Source: Camelus dromedarius (Eukaryota). Taken from it: a stretch of 64,000 nucleotides of DNA. The notes beneath the pieces were generated by a model. It made no database searches. It was not told where the DNA came from and was given only the letters and a program-made list of their open reading frames with translations. Positions 1-12,779 of the stretch are shown here, in pieces (the stretch's first letter is position 1; the number at the start of each line of letters is the position of its first letter). The position numbers and the translations under genes were made by a program. The DNA lies in contig NC_087437.1 of NCBI RefSeq assembly GCF_036321535.1, positions 69,752,001-69,816,000 of the forward strand, written 5' to 3'.

Positions 1-3000
1 TAACAATTGTCTTCATCTAAGCAAAGAGTTCTCTGTAAGTTTTTCTTTTTCTTCCTTAAGGGATCATAAGAAATAAGCAAAAATTACCATTGGGATAAAA
101 TGTTAAGAATTCTTACTTATTACACTTGAGTGAGACCTTAGGACGTGATGTGCCAAATCATTAGGGAGTATACTCTTTCTTTAAAGTCTCCGTAACAGGG
201 GTTCTCTGTAAGGTTTAGTTATAACAAGACACAACCTGATAGCAGGACATATATTACCTTCTAAAGCCACCCTGTTTTTAACATGAAAAAAGCAGTTGGT
301 TTTCTATTCTTGCTGAGAGCTGTTATCTTCGCAAAATATTTTCAGAATCTCTGTAGAAACACTATAGCATTACACAGGACAGACAGGGGAAGGAAGGAAA
401 ATAAATCTGAAATTTATCTTGATACATTTTATTAATTGAAGGCTCTTTGCAATGAGAAAAAGGTCCTCTCTACACTTTCCTAGCTAAGTTCTTCTCTTCT
501 GCTCCCTAGACTGGTGACTGGCCAGTTGGGGTAGTTTTCCATCAGTCAAAGCTATTTCCTGACCAAAGACTCTCAAGCTATTCAGGATCCACACCAAACC
601 CTGGAAACTGTCTGAGAACGCACATGGCGGGGGTGCGTCCTCTAACTTAACCACCTCTTACAGACCCAGCCATTCTCAGTAAGGTGCTGGCTGACATGGC
701 ACGTGTTTTAAAGCAAGACATTAGTTTTCATTCCATAAGATAGTATGAAGTTTTGACTGGCCATGTAATCTTTATATCATTCTACCTGCTCACTTTGCCC
801 CTGACTTGCCTCCCAGATCAAATTAGACATCCACTGATCTAGTAGTAAAGGCTCCTATTTCCCAAAGAACCTCCACCCCAGGTTCCGTCTGCCTGGAGGA
901 GATGTTCCTACTTACGGGAGCAAGCCCCAGAGGTGGACCTGGATCAGAAACCCAGGAAAGGGGAAGGATGCTGGTCTGGTTAAGAGAAATGGAGCAGTTG
1001 TACTCCCAAGCAGCTCCAGCTTAAGAGTCATCAAAAGCTCCCAGGCAATTGTCAATGAAACCAGTGCTGCCGCAGACGCTCAGCTACGGCGACCACCGGC
1101 TCCATCCATAGACCTGCCCCGTATCAACACTTGGACTCCAAGTCCTTGGACTATGAACACGTCTCTCCATCCTTTTATTATTTTCTGGCTCCTAGACAAT
1201 TAGCCTAACCTGCACTAGTAAATTTTTGCTTTAATATGTAAACTCCCAAGCACTGAACCAGCAATCCTGAGATTGCATAGCCTTCATGTAGCGTCAGTCC
1301 ACCCAGGTACATTATTATTTGAGTAAATTCTGAAAGAAAAAAGAAAACAAAACCTCCCAGACCCAAGAGGACTCACCAGGGGGAAAGACTGGGCACTCCT
1401 TCTGGATGGAGTCACTTCCTACAAGCAAGAGAGTAGGGTTGTGCCCTGGAAAAAGCTCTATAAACATGCGCCCCAGGTCTGGCCAGTCCCTCCCCACTCA
1501 GCCCTTCCCTAGTCTCACAAGTTACACGGCCCTGAACTGATCCCTGCCCTGGAGAGTTGTGTAGCCGAGAAAGCATGGAGCCAAGAGGAGGCCCGGGTCA
1601 CACCCACTAAATACACATGGGCTCTCTCAAGACACAGACACCCCTGAACCCACCTCCAGTCGTCATGCAGCCCCATTCTGAGACCTGGAGAACGGGACTC
1701 AGGGCATGACTTGAGATGCGATGGAGAACCAGACAGAGCCCTCCCTGGGCAGCCATTAATCCTTTGGGATACAAACTCCATCTTCCTGTGCAAAAACCCA
1801 AACCAGGCTTCCTGCTGTCGGGGAAGGATCAGATCCTTGGTCCTACATTGGCACTTCCTGGTGTTTTCCCCTCTTTGATCCTAATTTGTGAGAGAATAAC
1901 AGTACTTTCAGGAAGACAAGATTTTTGAATATCAACTAGTTGAACTGCCAAGAACCCCAATTACCCAACTCTGCTTCAGATCCTAAACGAATACCGAATA
2001 CTGAGAAGAAACAAGAGATGAAAACACAGGAGAGTTACTTTCCAAGTGTGGTTTGTGTTAACAGCACAAGCCTGCGTCCCTCCCCGTGAATCCCTTTTTC
2101 TTGCCCTCACTTGTATACACTGCATCTGAACTGCAGTGAACTCAGCTTTTCTTTTCTGTTCTTCCTGTTTAAAGCACCCTAGATAGGCAATAAGCTTCCC
2201 ACCTTCCCGGAGTCCTTTTGAAAATGAGAAGTAATAAAGCAGAAGTTAAAACAAAAATTCCTGGTGGACACAGTCTCTGTCCTCACTAACAGTTTAGATG
2301 GTTATTTTTAATGGTACATTTAACTAAAGCTAACTTAGCCACAGGAAGAGAATGTGGCCATTAAGATCGGCTTCTGTTGAACACACTGAGGCTCCACATC
2401 CGGCGATGCATGATTATAACACCGAGAATATTACGTTTTAACAGCAGACTCATTAGCATTAATCGCTGCATTTAGTCCCACTTAAAACCTCCTGCATATA
2501 TAACATTTGCTAAATATATTATCCTTTTTGAGATAAATACGCCCTTAAAATATCATCACATAAATAACAAAGGAACTAATTGGAGATGGGCATGATGCAG
2601 TGATGAGAAGAAAGGAGAGCTAACCAAGACCTCCGTGGCCAGACAGGGTGGTGAGGGAAAACCACCATTTGTTGACAAGGTGCAAAATTCAAGCTGAAAA
2701 GGGAGGCTCAGGCAGAAGGGCGTGGCAGCTGCAGATGCAAGGTTAACAAGCCGTTCAATGGGGGTGGCAGGAAAAAATTCTGGAGAGGTGTGAAGACACA
2801 GATGCCAATTACTGGGCTGTTCATTCATTCATTGGTTTGTTCATTCACAACTCTTTGCGAAGAAGCTGCAGTGGGCCAGGCACCATGCTCAGTTAGTCAC
2901 TTGCTCCCCGAGGGCAGATTCCTGTCCTCTGGAGTTCATATCTGGCTGGGAAGACAGACTTGACACCTCAGAGCCCTGCTATTGGGCCAAAAAGACTGTA

Positions 3001-3139
3001 TGCCAGGAGCTGGGTCCAAAAGAGCTGGGATCCCTAAAGACAGGGCTGTGAACAGCTGATGAGAAAGGGCAGCTTTTCAGACCTCTTTACCATGTGCAGG
3101 GTCCTACTTGCTCCTTTTCCTTGCAAACTCTGATTCTTA

Positions 3140-3272
3140 GGGAGAGGCGATGGGGGCAGGGCAACATAGGGGTAGGGAAAAAGAGGGTTATTACGAGATT
3201 ATACAAAATCACATGTGAAACTAAATTATAAAGCACTATAGCATTTAAAGACTCTTTCATTCAATTAAAAAA
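3140..3272 (+). mobile_element. LINE (L1/HAL1-type) 3' terminus
   Basis: GGGGCAGGGCAACATAGGGGTAGGG...CTTTCATTCAATTAAAAAA tail; TGATTCT is repeated on both flanks. Confidence 0.6.
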
Positions 3273-4354
3273 CAACAGCTATTTGATTCTGACCTGTATT
3301 TCCTGCTTCTCTCTGTCTGTCTCTCTCACACACACAGGCACACCTACACACACACACACACAGTGTTTCCTCCACCTTAAGCACCACGCTGTCCTCCATC
3401 ATTACCCCTTCTGGAGTTTTCCTCATTTGTTATCCGTCACTGAAAAACAGATTTAGTGCTTCAGCTACTCTCTTGTCAACACACCATCCATGTATTCATT
3501 CAGCACCCAAATATCAGTGGGCTCTCACTACCTGCTGGCACAGTGCTGGGTGCTGGGAGGCCCTTGCAAGTGAACGGCGATCCTGGCTTTCGGTCCCCCT
3601 CTCTACCTGCTGCCTCAAGATTCAGGTTGAGAGGATGTTCTGACAGAGCGCTAAGTGAGATGGAATCATGGCAGCAACTCAACACTGCGTCCTGGAGGGG
3701 ACGGCTGTGACGCTCCTGTATGCGACAAAGGATTGCTCTAACGGAGAGGAGGTGACGGGTCTGCAAGGAAAATTCATGAATACTTCTTCCATCGTCCACC
3801 CCACTGAAAGCTGGTCGTGGGAGAGGAGGACAGGGAGAGAGAACCTACAGAAGAATAAGCTGCTGTCATTGGCACAAAAGGGCATCAGGGAGATTATAGG
3901 GACCCCAAGTCAGGAGGAGGGCTGAACTCTGTCTGGAGGTTAAGGTGGTGTGGGAAAGGCTTTACAGAAATACATTGTTGATGGTGGTGATAAATAAGCT
4001 ACCTTCAAGCCCACATATTCCATGTGTATTATTTTCTCTCATCATCATATGAATTTTAGGCAATTGTTTATATTATTGGTCCCAACGTGTATAGGAAGAA
4101 ACTGAATTTTTCAAAGTTAAATGATGGCCCAAAGGACATGAATAGACTGGAAGCCACACTCAGATCTGTATGTCTCCACAGGTACCTCTCAACCACTAAC
4201 CACACCATCTCCAAGCACAAAGGAAAGTCACCAGTTGGGAGATTCGCTATAAAAATACTATTTATTGAACCGGTACATATCACGTCACAGAACTCCTCTA
4301 CATAATTATCCTAGGGCACCAAATAGTAGTCATAAATGCAATAATAATTAATGG

Positions 4355-4470
4355 TGGGACATTAAGGATTGGTCCATGTTTCATAGATAAGGAAACTAAG
4401 CCTCAGAAAATTGACTGCCTGGCCCAGGTCATGCAGCTGGCTGAGCAGTGGTGCCCCAGCTCCAGACCCC
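4355..4470 (-). mobile_element. MIR SINE
   Basis: Core in reverse: ATAGATAAGGAAACTAAGCCTCAGAAAA...GCCCAGGTCATGCAGCTG. Confidence 0.65.
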
Positions 4471-4589
4471 CAGGCCGTCTGCTCTAATGTCGGTGTCGTT
4501 TCCGCTACAGAGCTCTCTCCCTGTGGAACCTGTCTGGAGGAGGACATTCAGTGCCAACTTCAGTAACCCAGGAGACTCTGCTTGGAGGG

Positions 4590-4993
4590 GTGATGGGCTG
4601 AACTGTGGTCCCTCCAAATTCATAGTTGAAGCCCTAAACCACCTGCTTTGTGACCTTAGCCTAGGACTCTGTTTGGAGACAGGGCCTTTAAAGAGGTAAA
4701 GAGGTAATCGAAGTTAAATGAGTTCGTAAGGGTGGGGCCCTAACCCAACAGGAATGGTGTCCTTATGAAAAGAAGAGACACCAGGGATACAAACACACAG
4801 AGGAAGCACCCTTCAGGACGTGGCAATTAAGCGGCCATCTGCCAGCCAAGGAGCGAGGTCTCAGGAGAAACCAGCCCCGCTGGCGCTTTGACCTCAGACA
4901 TCCAGCCTCCTGCTCTGTGAGGAAATTAACTTCGGCCAATCCAGCCACGTGGCCTGTGGTGCTTTGGTGCGGCAGTCCCATCAGTCTCACACA
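4590..4993 (+). mobile_element. MaLR solo LTR (MLT1A-like)
   Basis: TGATGGGCTGAACTG...CCAAATTCATAGTTGAAGCCCTAA...GGGCCTTTAAAGAGGTAA...CACA; GAGGG on both flanks. Confidence 0.85.
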
Positions 4994-7029
4994 GAGGGCA
5001 GGTTTACAGGTCCAAGTGAGCTTTCTCTAAATGTCTCCACTTTTCAACCCTAGGGTGACAGTTACTATAGGGACAGATCTGGAGGTGAACATCTGAGGCC
5101 AATAAAGTGGCAAAGGGTAAGAAACATTAGTAGGTATGTATGTGGGGGGTGGTTAATGCACATACTGTGAGAATTTATACACACACATACACGCACACAC
5201 CCCACATTTCCACTCTCAGTAGAAAATACAGTTAGAGAGGTTCCCACCGCGAGTCCCCAGCACAGCTCCGCAGTCGCTCCGAACCCCGTGTGAGGAGCAG
5301 TCACTGCGGCACAGCACCGAGCCGCGCCGGGGCAGCGCGCTGACCCTTGCTGCAGACTCCCCCGCCACAGCTGCCGGGAAAGCCGGCTGAGGGCTGGATG
5401 CCCTGACTGAGCCTCTGCCGGAGGAGGGAGAGAAAATGCACCCAGCAGATTCAAGCAGAAAGAACCATCAAAAAGGAGAGAAAAGGAAACTGAGGAAGTG
5501 AAGTGCAGATGTTCAAAGGTTAGGAAGATAATGAAACAATTATTTTGTGAGTTGAAGATGCATCTTTGAAAAACCTGTGGCAAACGCGCTTGTCCCCTAC
5601 AGTGTTGTCTTGCCTCGGCTCTGCAGAGCGTCTTTTGAACCTCATAAGATGAGACAGGAATATGTCTTCCCATTTACAAAAAGGCTTTGCTTTTTCAGGG
5701 TCCAACACATTTTTCTCTTCCTATTTCTTATCTGCATCACAATCCATTAACCTCGATGAGAAATGTTTTATCTCCAAACTGCATTCCTAGAATATCCCCA
5801 GCTTGTCCCAGAATAGGGGTCAAACACCAAGATGGCCAGTCCCCTGAGAGCTCCCTCTGAGTGACCACGAGGTGCCCATGCCCTCCCCATTCGATCACAC
5901 AGATAGGCAACCGCTCCTCATATGGCAAAATAAGCTGTATTGACCAAAACATTTTCATGAAACCATTTGTTGTGGCAAGGGAGTTTGGGCATCACTGCCC
6001 ACGCCCATATGCATTGATTTATCTCCTGCCAAAACAATTTTTATCATCCTAGCCAGGCTTTCTAAATGTGACCTCCGCCTCCCCCAAATCTGGAACAAGA
6101 TTGGGTAATGTTGGCAAAATAGTAACTGAGACCAGGATAGGGAAAAATCCTTTTCAACCTTTACACCACTTGTACCCAGCTATAGCTAGCACAGACCTGG
6201 CAAAATCTCTCTTCTTGTTTTCAACTGCTAGGAAAGATGATTAGGTCAAGGGTTAGAGATGTGATTCAAAAGAACTCATTTTTGAAGCTGTATGTTGCTT
6301 TTGGGCTTGGTTTTGTTTATTTGTTGATGATTGGGTGGCGGAAGCCTTTGTGAGAGTGTCTGTCATGTATATTTGGATTCTGAGCAGCTACTGGTCTATT
6401 TCCCAAAGGACGAGCTAGCCCATAGAGGTCAGTGGAGAGAGAGTGAGCGTGAAACCTGGATCAGATAACAAAAGCAGATGTGGCTGACGGCGGCTGGGCG
6501 AGGCGGGAGTTAATAAGCCAGCGGGCACCGGGGGTTCTGTCAGACACACAAAATGTATGGTGTAATTGTTTCTGCCTCTAACGATCTAGTGATGTGGGAG
6601 ACATGCGAATATTAAAACAAGACAGAAAAATGGAAACTCATTTCGAGCAGCTGCCAAACAAAATGGGATGTAAAATAGGAGAGAGGTATATTGAAATGTT
6701 CACAAGGGTCATGTCACCAAAATGAAACTTTACCTCTCACAGATGTCAAATCCTCCCCTCTTTCTCATGCATAAGTCCCCTCCCATTTCCCATCAAACTG
6801 TTGCTCCCTGCCTTCTCTCTGCATCCTTTACTGTCACTCTACTCCCTCATCACTGTCACTTTGCCTCTCGTGCTTCTTAATCTCCTCCATTTTTCCTATT
6901 CCTTTCTCTCTTCTCCATTATCCTGTCACAAACATGCTCTTACAGTTGCTTGCTCTCTCTCTCCCCCCTCCTTCACATACACACACGCACACCTCGACCC
7001 TTTCTCATTCATTAGTAATTAACCGGAGA

Positions 7030-7790
7030 ACCGCATCCCCTATCCCCAGCAGTTGAATGGAGCTGTAAAAATGCTGCCTTTGAAAAACACCCAGAGGTGA
7101 CGCTGCGGGGGCGGCAGGTGGGCGGTGGTGCGGGAGCTGCTGCGATGCCCGCACCCGCCACGAGGGGGCAGAGGTGCGCGCCTGCGACCGCGCGCCACTG
7201 CAAAGCACACCCCGGAGCGCTTGGAAGGCAGCCTCGGAAGGACGCTGGTTCGGTGTCACCCATCACAGTGGCTGACAGCCCGCCTAAGGATTCCGCCCGC
7301 GTCCCGGGCTAGCACGCCTGGGTGCAGCGAATAAACAAGCGAATCTCGATGAGTGCAGGCAGGGTGAATTCCGCCTCGGGCTAGTACAGATATCTGTTCC
7401 TCAGACAAAGGAGTCCTGCTCCTCTGATAAGGGACAGAAAAGAGGCAAAGCTGGGCGAGCCCGCTGGGCCCGCTGCAGCTGGGCATGTACCCGACGTGCC
7501 TGATCGCTGCTCTCACTCTGGGCCCCTGCAGTCCCTGCTCCTGCTCGTGCTCCTCCTAGTCCCCCTCCCCTGGTCGTTGGACAGGTCACCCCTGTTGCCG
7601 GATCAGCAGGAAGCAAAAGATAGTTTGTTTGACCACTGGGGGGCCAGGCGGCGATGGAGCCGGCCTGCCGAGTGTGTTTGTTGTTGGGGGGAAGATTGAT
7701 CTGCAGCCCAGAACGGCGGGCAGCCCTGCCCTGCGGGTGCGGCTGTGAGCAGTGACAGTTTGGCAAACTGGGCGGCAGGTGGCAGTAATG
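7030..7790. promoter_or_regulatory. Orphan CpG island
   Basis: About 50 CpGs counted by hand in ~700 bp. GC-rich and non-repetitive, in an otherwise CpG-depleted window. Confidence 0.8.
7772..7786 (+). promoter_or_regulatory. CTCF-like motif
   Basis: GCGGCAGGTGGCAGT against the consensus CCASYAGRKGGCRSY; only the 5' positions deviate. Confidence 0.55.
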
Positions 7791-7862
7791 TTACCTGTCA
7801 AGCTGCAGGCTTCTAGCAGGAACTGGAGCTGTGAATGTGTTTGTATTAGGTCAGCCCCTCTG

Positions 7863-7972
<110 letters not shown>

Positions 7973-9340
7973 TCTGTCTCTCTCCCCTGGTGTCCCGCTG
8001 AGATTCTGCTCCCTCTAACATATTCCCAGAGTAGACAGGGAAAATAACATTAATAAAATAGTAATAATAAATATTTATTGAGGGCTAATAACTGTGTGCT
8101 AGGCACGTGCTGTTTTTATGTGAATAATAGTAAAATAACAATAACTAATAGAAATATGCCAAAATAACATTGACTGAGAAATTAATTCTATCTTATTTCC
8201 TTGGTTTCAGGTTGAGAGCAATGAGAGATTTTTTTTTCCCTTCCAAGAAGGTACCTAGGTCTGGGGTTTTCCTACCTCCAGAGGAGCTAGAAGCCTTATT
8301 TATTTGCTCTTAGAGAAGCTAGGGTTATTTAGCAAACTTTAGGTGGGATTAAGCCTCCAGAGTGTTTTCCTCCACAATGTATTTTTGTAATGGAAATTTT
8401 CATGTAACTGTCCAGATTTACAGCTTCCCTCGAACAAGTAGAACATCTGGAGACACTGGTCCTAAATGGCAACCATCAGTGGGGGCTGAGGAGCAGGGTC
8501 AGCTTTGCAGCAGTACCCACCTCGCCCTATTGTCTTAACACTCAGCTTTTACCTTTTCACCTGCACGGCCTTGTGAGACATCTGAACGTGAGATTCCTGG
8601 TGTACCCATGGCTTGTGGAGATTGAGAACTGAGCTATCAGAGAAGGAGACTCCCTCGGTGGAAGAGAAAGCGATTGGTTGATCTGAGGAGAGTTGGATTT
8701 CGGAGCCGGGGAAGAACTGCCTGATAAAGGGTGTCACCAATAGATCAGCACTCTATTTCCACACAGTGCCCAGGGGGTGCCAAAGCTTGGGAAAGGAGTG
8801 TTGTGATACCTGGGGCCCCAGGTATAGGAGCTGGTGAAGGTCCCATGTGATGGCAATGGATGGGGACACCAGCAGAGCTCCCTACCTGGGGATGGGCCAT
8901 ATGGGCAGGATGGGCCATGTGGGCTGCATGGGGGAGATGAACAGGGACCACTGACAAGGAACTTTAGTGATGTTCCGGAGCTCCTGGGATTCTTGAGTGA
9001 TCCCAAGGGAGGTGGAAGGGGCCCCCGCCTCCACAAAATGATCTCAGTAAGTTTACCTGCCAATCCTGATATGTGGGAGCTGAGCCATCATTTAATTTGT
9101 CTTAGATAATAAAGAAATGTAATTTTTTAACATCCATATATTTGGAACACTAAAATTTACAGAGGGCTTCTTACGCTAAATTTGATTCTTGTAATAACCC
9201 ATTGAAGTGGACACCACTGTTACCCTCATTTTCTGTCTGAGGAAAATAAGACTGCGAGATTTAGATAAAATGCTCACAGTCATACAGCTAGTAAATGGCG
9301 GAGCCAAGTCTTAAGTGCAGGTGAGTGTGTGGTTCCAGGC

Positions 9341-9684
9341 CAGGGGCTGGCAAACTTCCTCCAGAAAGGGCCAAAGAGTAGATACATTGTAGTCTTTGTG
9401 GGCCATACAGTCTCCATTGTAACTACTCAGCTGTTTTATTGCATGAAATGACACATAAAGGAATGAGCACATCTGTGTCCCAATAAAACTTCATGAACAC
9501 TGACATGTAAATTTCTTGTCATTTTCCCTTGAAGCAAAATATTACTCTTAAAATTATTTTTCAACAATTAAAAAATGTAAAGCCATTCTTAGCTTGCAGG
9601 CTGTACAAAAACAGACAGAAAAAAAAAAAAAAAACAGGAGGTAGCCTAGATTTGGCTTGTGGGCTGCAGTTTGTCAACTTCTCT
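9341..9684. mobile_element. hAT-Charlie MITE (MER58-like)
   Basis: CAGGGGCTGGCAAACT... start and ...GCAGTTTGTCAACTTCT end (degenerate TIRs); internal GTGGGCCATACAGTCTC...ACTACTCAGCT. Confidence 0.8.
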
Positions 9685-10419
9685 CTAGCGTCTACTAATC
9701 TGTATACTTTGCTCTAGACCTAAACTAGCCAGTCCTAGTCCAGAAGAAGCAAAGATATTTTGCCTTCTCACGTTTCAACAAGTGTGAAAAACTGTCTGTG
9801 CTCTCAAAAAGTAGCTCTTCAGCCCCAAGCCATTATCACATCAAGGTTATATTCTATGAGGGCGTATGTATAATATATTAGAAAGAGCAGTGGACTTGAC
9901 ATCAGAAAAGCTGGTTCAAATTCTAAGCTGTGTGATTTTGAGCAAATGACCTAGGTTGTCAGAGGTTCAGTGTCTTTATTTGACAGTCACAATGCTTGCC
10001 TCAGAGGTTAACTATGGGCCCTGATCTAAATCAAACAATACACTTAAAATACAGAGTATAGACAGGCAAATCCAGAACTTGGCATTCCTAAATTTATTCA
10101 ATTTAGAGGACCTTATCTAAGAAGAAGAATATACAATTTTTATTAAAAAACTAGCTGCTGAAAGTAAATGTTTATTTAGAATGAGAAAAAAGATTCCAAC
10201 AAATATTAGAAAGCTTCAACATTCAGATTCTTTTCTTCTGAGAATTCCTCAGGCAATTTATCAAAAATGCTTACATGCAAAATAGCCCTGATTATGACCT
10301 GGCTTTCACTTCCCATTAAGAAGGTCCTAGAACCCCTGACAACCTGCAGCATTCACAGGGGTCCACACCCGTGAGAGGCCCTGAAGCTGAGTGCCACAGT
10401 GTGGGCACAGCAGTGGGAA

Positions 10420-11715
10420 AGCAGTAGCACGGGGGAGAACGGACTGAATAAACAAGCATCTTGAGGACGACGAAAGCCAAGTTTCCCATTGTCAGAGAAC
10501 AGAAGTGGTACTACTGAAAACAGAATGAACTCTGTGGTGTTAGGATGGACTCAGAGGTATTGGTGTGAACTCAATTTTCGATACAGATACAAATAAAGAT
10601 GACAGATAGGTAGAGGATGGAAAGATAGATGGCTGAGAGTAGATAAATGCAGATGTAAATGTATGCACATGTCTGTGTATGCACACAGACAGCATCTGGG
10701 CACTGTCCACTAAGAGCAGCAACACCCCAAAGTAACGAGCTCACTTAGCTCCTGGAGCTTGCTTTCAGATGCTGATCTCCAATAAAAGGAACCAGGGTCC
10801 TTGGAGAGATGACTGGTGCCAGGGTCGGGGCATACAAAATATAACATAAACGTGGAGCATTTTTATTGTGTCAAAAATGTTTTTAAAAGCTCAAAGAATG
10901 AGAGAGACATGAAAAAGACAGACGCCAGCTTGAAAGGGCCCTCACTGGCCAAACTTGAGATGATCTGAACATTAAAATAAATCATGATCGCAACAGATTA
11001 CAAATCATTGAATAAAATAGATGAGTCCATACTGATATAAATAAGTGAACAAATAAATTGAAAGTTCAGTGAGAAAGGAGATATTTACATAGTTTCAGGG
11101 TAAGCCTCACCCCACCACTGCCCCCACCACACGTGCAGCAAGTACGCATTAATTACAAAGGGAAAAGAGGAGCTGTGCAGTGAAGTCAGGAAGACACTAC
11201 TTTAATCAAGGGATCAAAGCGACCATCATTCATAAGGGAGTAAATCAAAATCACAGGCTACGGATCGGATGTGGCGAAGGAACACAGCATCACTTCTGTA
11301 ATATGCATAACCATGAGGACACGTAGATGAGCCCATACTGAGAGACGTTCTACAAAATAGCTGGCCTGTAATCTTCACAACGGTCAAGATCATGAGCCAG
11401 GAAAGACTGAGGAACTATTCCAGTTTGAAGGAATCGGGTAGTGATCACTAAATGTAACTCAAGTTCTGAACTAAATCCTTCTGCCGTAAGAACCATTATT
11501 AAGGTAATTGGTGAAACTTGAATGGTATCTGAGAATGGGATGGGAGTAAAGTATCAGTGTTAGTTCCTGATTTTGATGATGTAGTGTGGTTATGTAGGAG
11601 AATTTTTGGGGAAATACACAATAAAGGAGTCAGGGATTATGAAGTATTGTGCTGGTAACTTATTCTCTAGTGGCTCAGAGGAAAAAAATAGCTTTGTGCT
11701 AAACTCTCAAATTGT
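10420..11715 (+). mobile_element. Ancient L1 3' region (L1MD/L1MC-like)
   Basis: Characteristic blocks AATAAAAGGAACCAGGG, AATTACAAAGGGAAAA, GAAAGACTGAGGAACTATTCCAG and TTCCTGATTTTGATG. Confidence 0.75.
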
Positions 11716-12779
11716 ACTAAACCAACCTGCATGAGCTGTAACCACACCTGTAACCTACACCCACCTTCAGAGCAGAAAGCTGGCTGGTGCCTCTCTTCTG
11801 CCTTCCAGATCTCATACAATCTCTCCTGTGGCCAGTCCTAAGCTGGAAACAAAAGGAATTCTTGGAAATGTGGTTTCATCTTAGCCAGGTAGGCATAGCA
11901 CAAAGCCACTGTACATACAGGACTGTAGCATTAAAGTCACTCTATTTATTACTTGCGAGAAGGCTGCGTATTTTGAATATTCAAAAATAAATCACAGATC
12001 TATAGCCTCCAATAGTTCCTAGTTACTTATCAGACTACTTTCCTAATTTGGAGACTATGGAGACTCAAAGACCAGGAAGGAAGATGGTGCTGTAGGTGAT
12101 TTTGCACCATGGACTCCAGATAGGCTGACTTGGGTGGAGTCACAGAAGCCACGCCTTTCAACAGAAGATAAGACAAGGGGGTTCACTAAGGCTTACAAGA
12201 TAAATAGAATGTCAGCTTCAGGAGTTACAAAGAAAATAAAATGTGAAGAAAAATCACCTATTCTCATCTGTCTGGCATAAGCAGCAAACTCAGAAAAGAC
12301 CAGCCACTAACAGCGATGCTGGAAGCTGGTTAACATGTTGAAAATTGTACTTTTAATTTGGTCCTTCAGTCTAGTCCTTCACATCGTGCCCCTCTCCCAG
12401 ACATCTCCATTTCTGACATTGACCCTCTATCCACCCAATTTCTTAAGGCAAAAACTCTGATTTCTCGCTTTCATTCATTCCATCAACTAGCTTTGTCAAC
12501 GCTATCAACGATATACATCTTGAATGTTTTCAACCTCACTGCCACCACCATAACACAAGCCTGATCTCCTGCTATGACTTTCTAACTGGCTTCCTGTTTT
12601 CCATTTTTCCTTTTCTGATCCACTTTCTGCACAGCAGCCAGAATGCTAATAAAAATAGATGAATCACACTAAGAAATTATGTTCGTAATCTCTCTATTTA
12701 TTAGCATTATCCTGGATGTCAACAGGAGGTTCCTGGAGTAGATCTAAACTATTGAGAGGAAAGGTGCCACCACAGAAAG

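Noticed and set aside
1..3000. Possible LSAMP exon or 3'UTR at the left edge
   Set aside because: No Ig-domain or GPI-signal coding sequence is recognisable, so it cannot be assigned from sequence alone.
5065..5673. 202-aa minus-strand ORF, the longest in the track
   Set aside because: No recognisable domain; it runs through pyrimidine and (TG)n tracts. Only the 5248-5414 part looks exon-like.
8700..8960. Loose resemblance of the Pro/His/Gly-rich translation to LITAF/CDIP1-type proteins
   Set aside because: No CXXC motifs or alignable frame; the similarity is compositional only.
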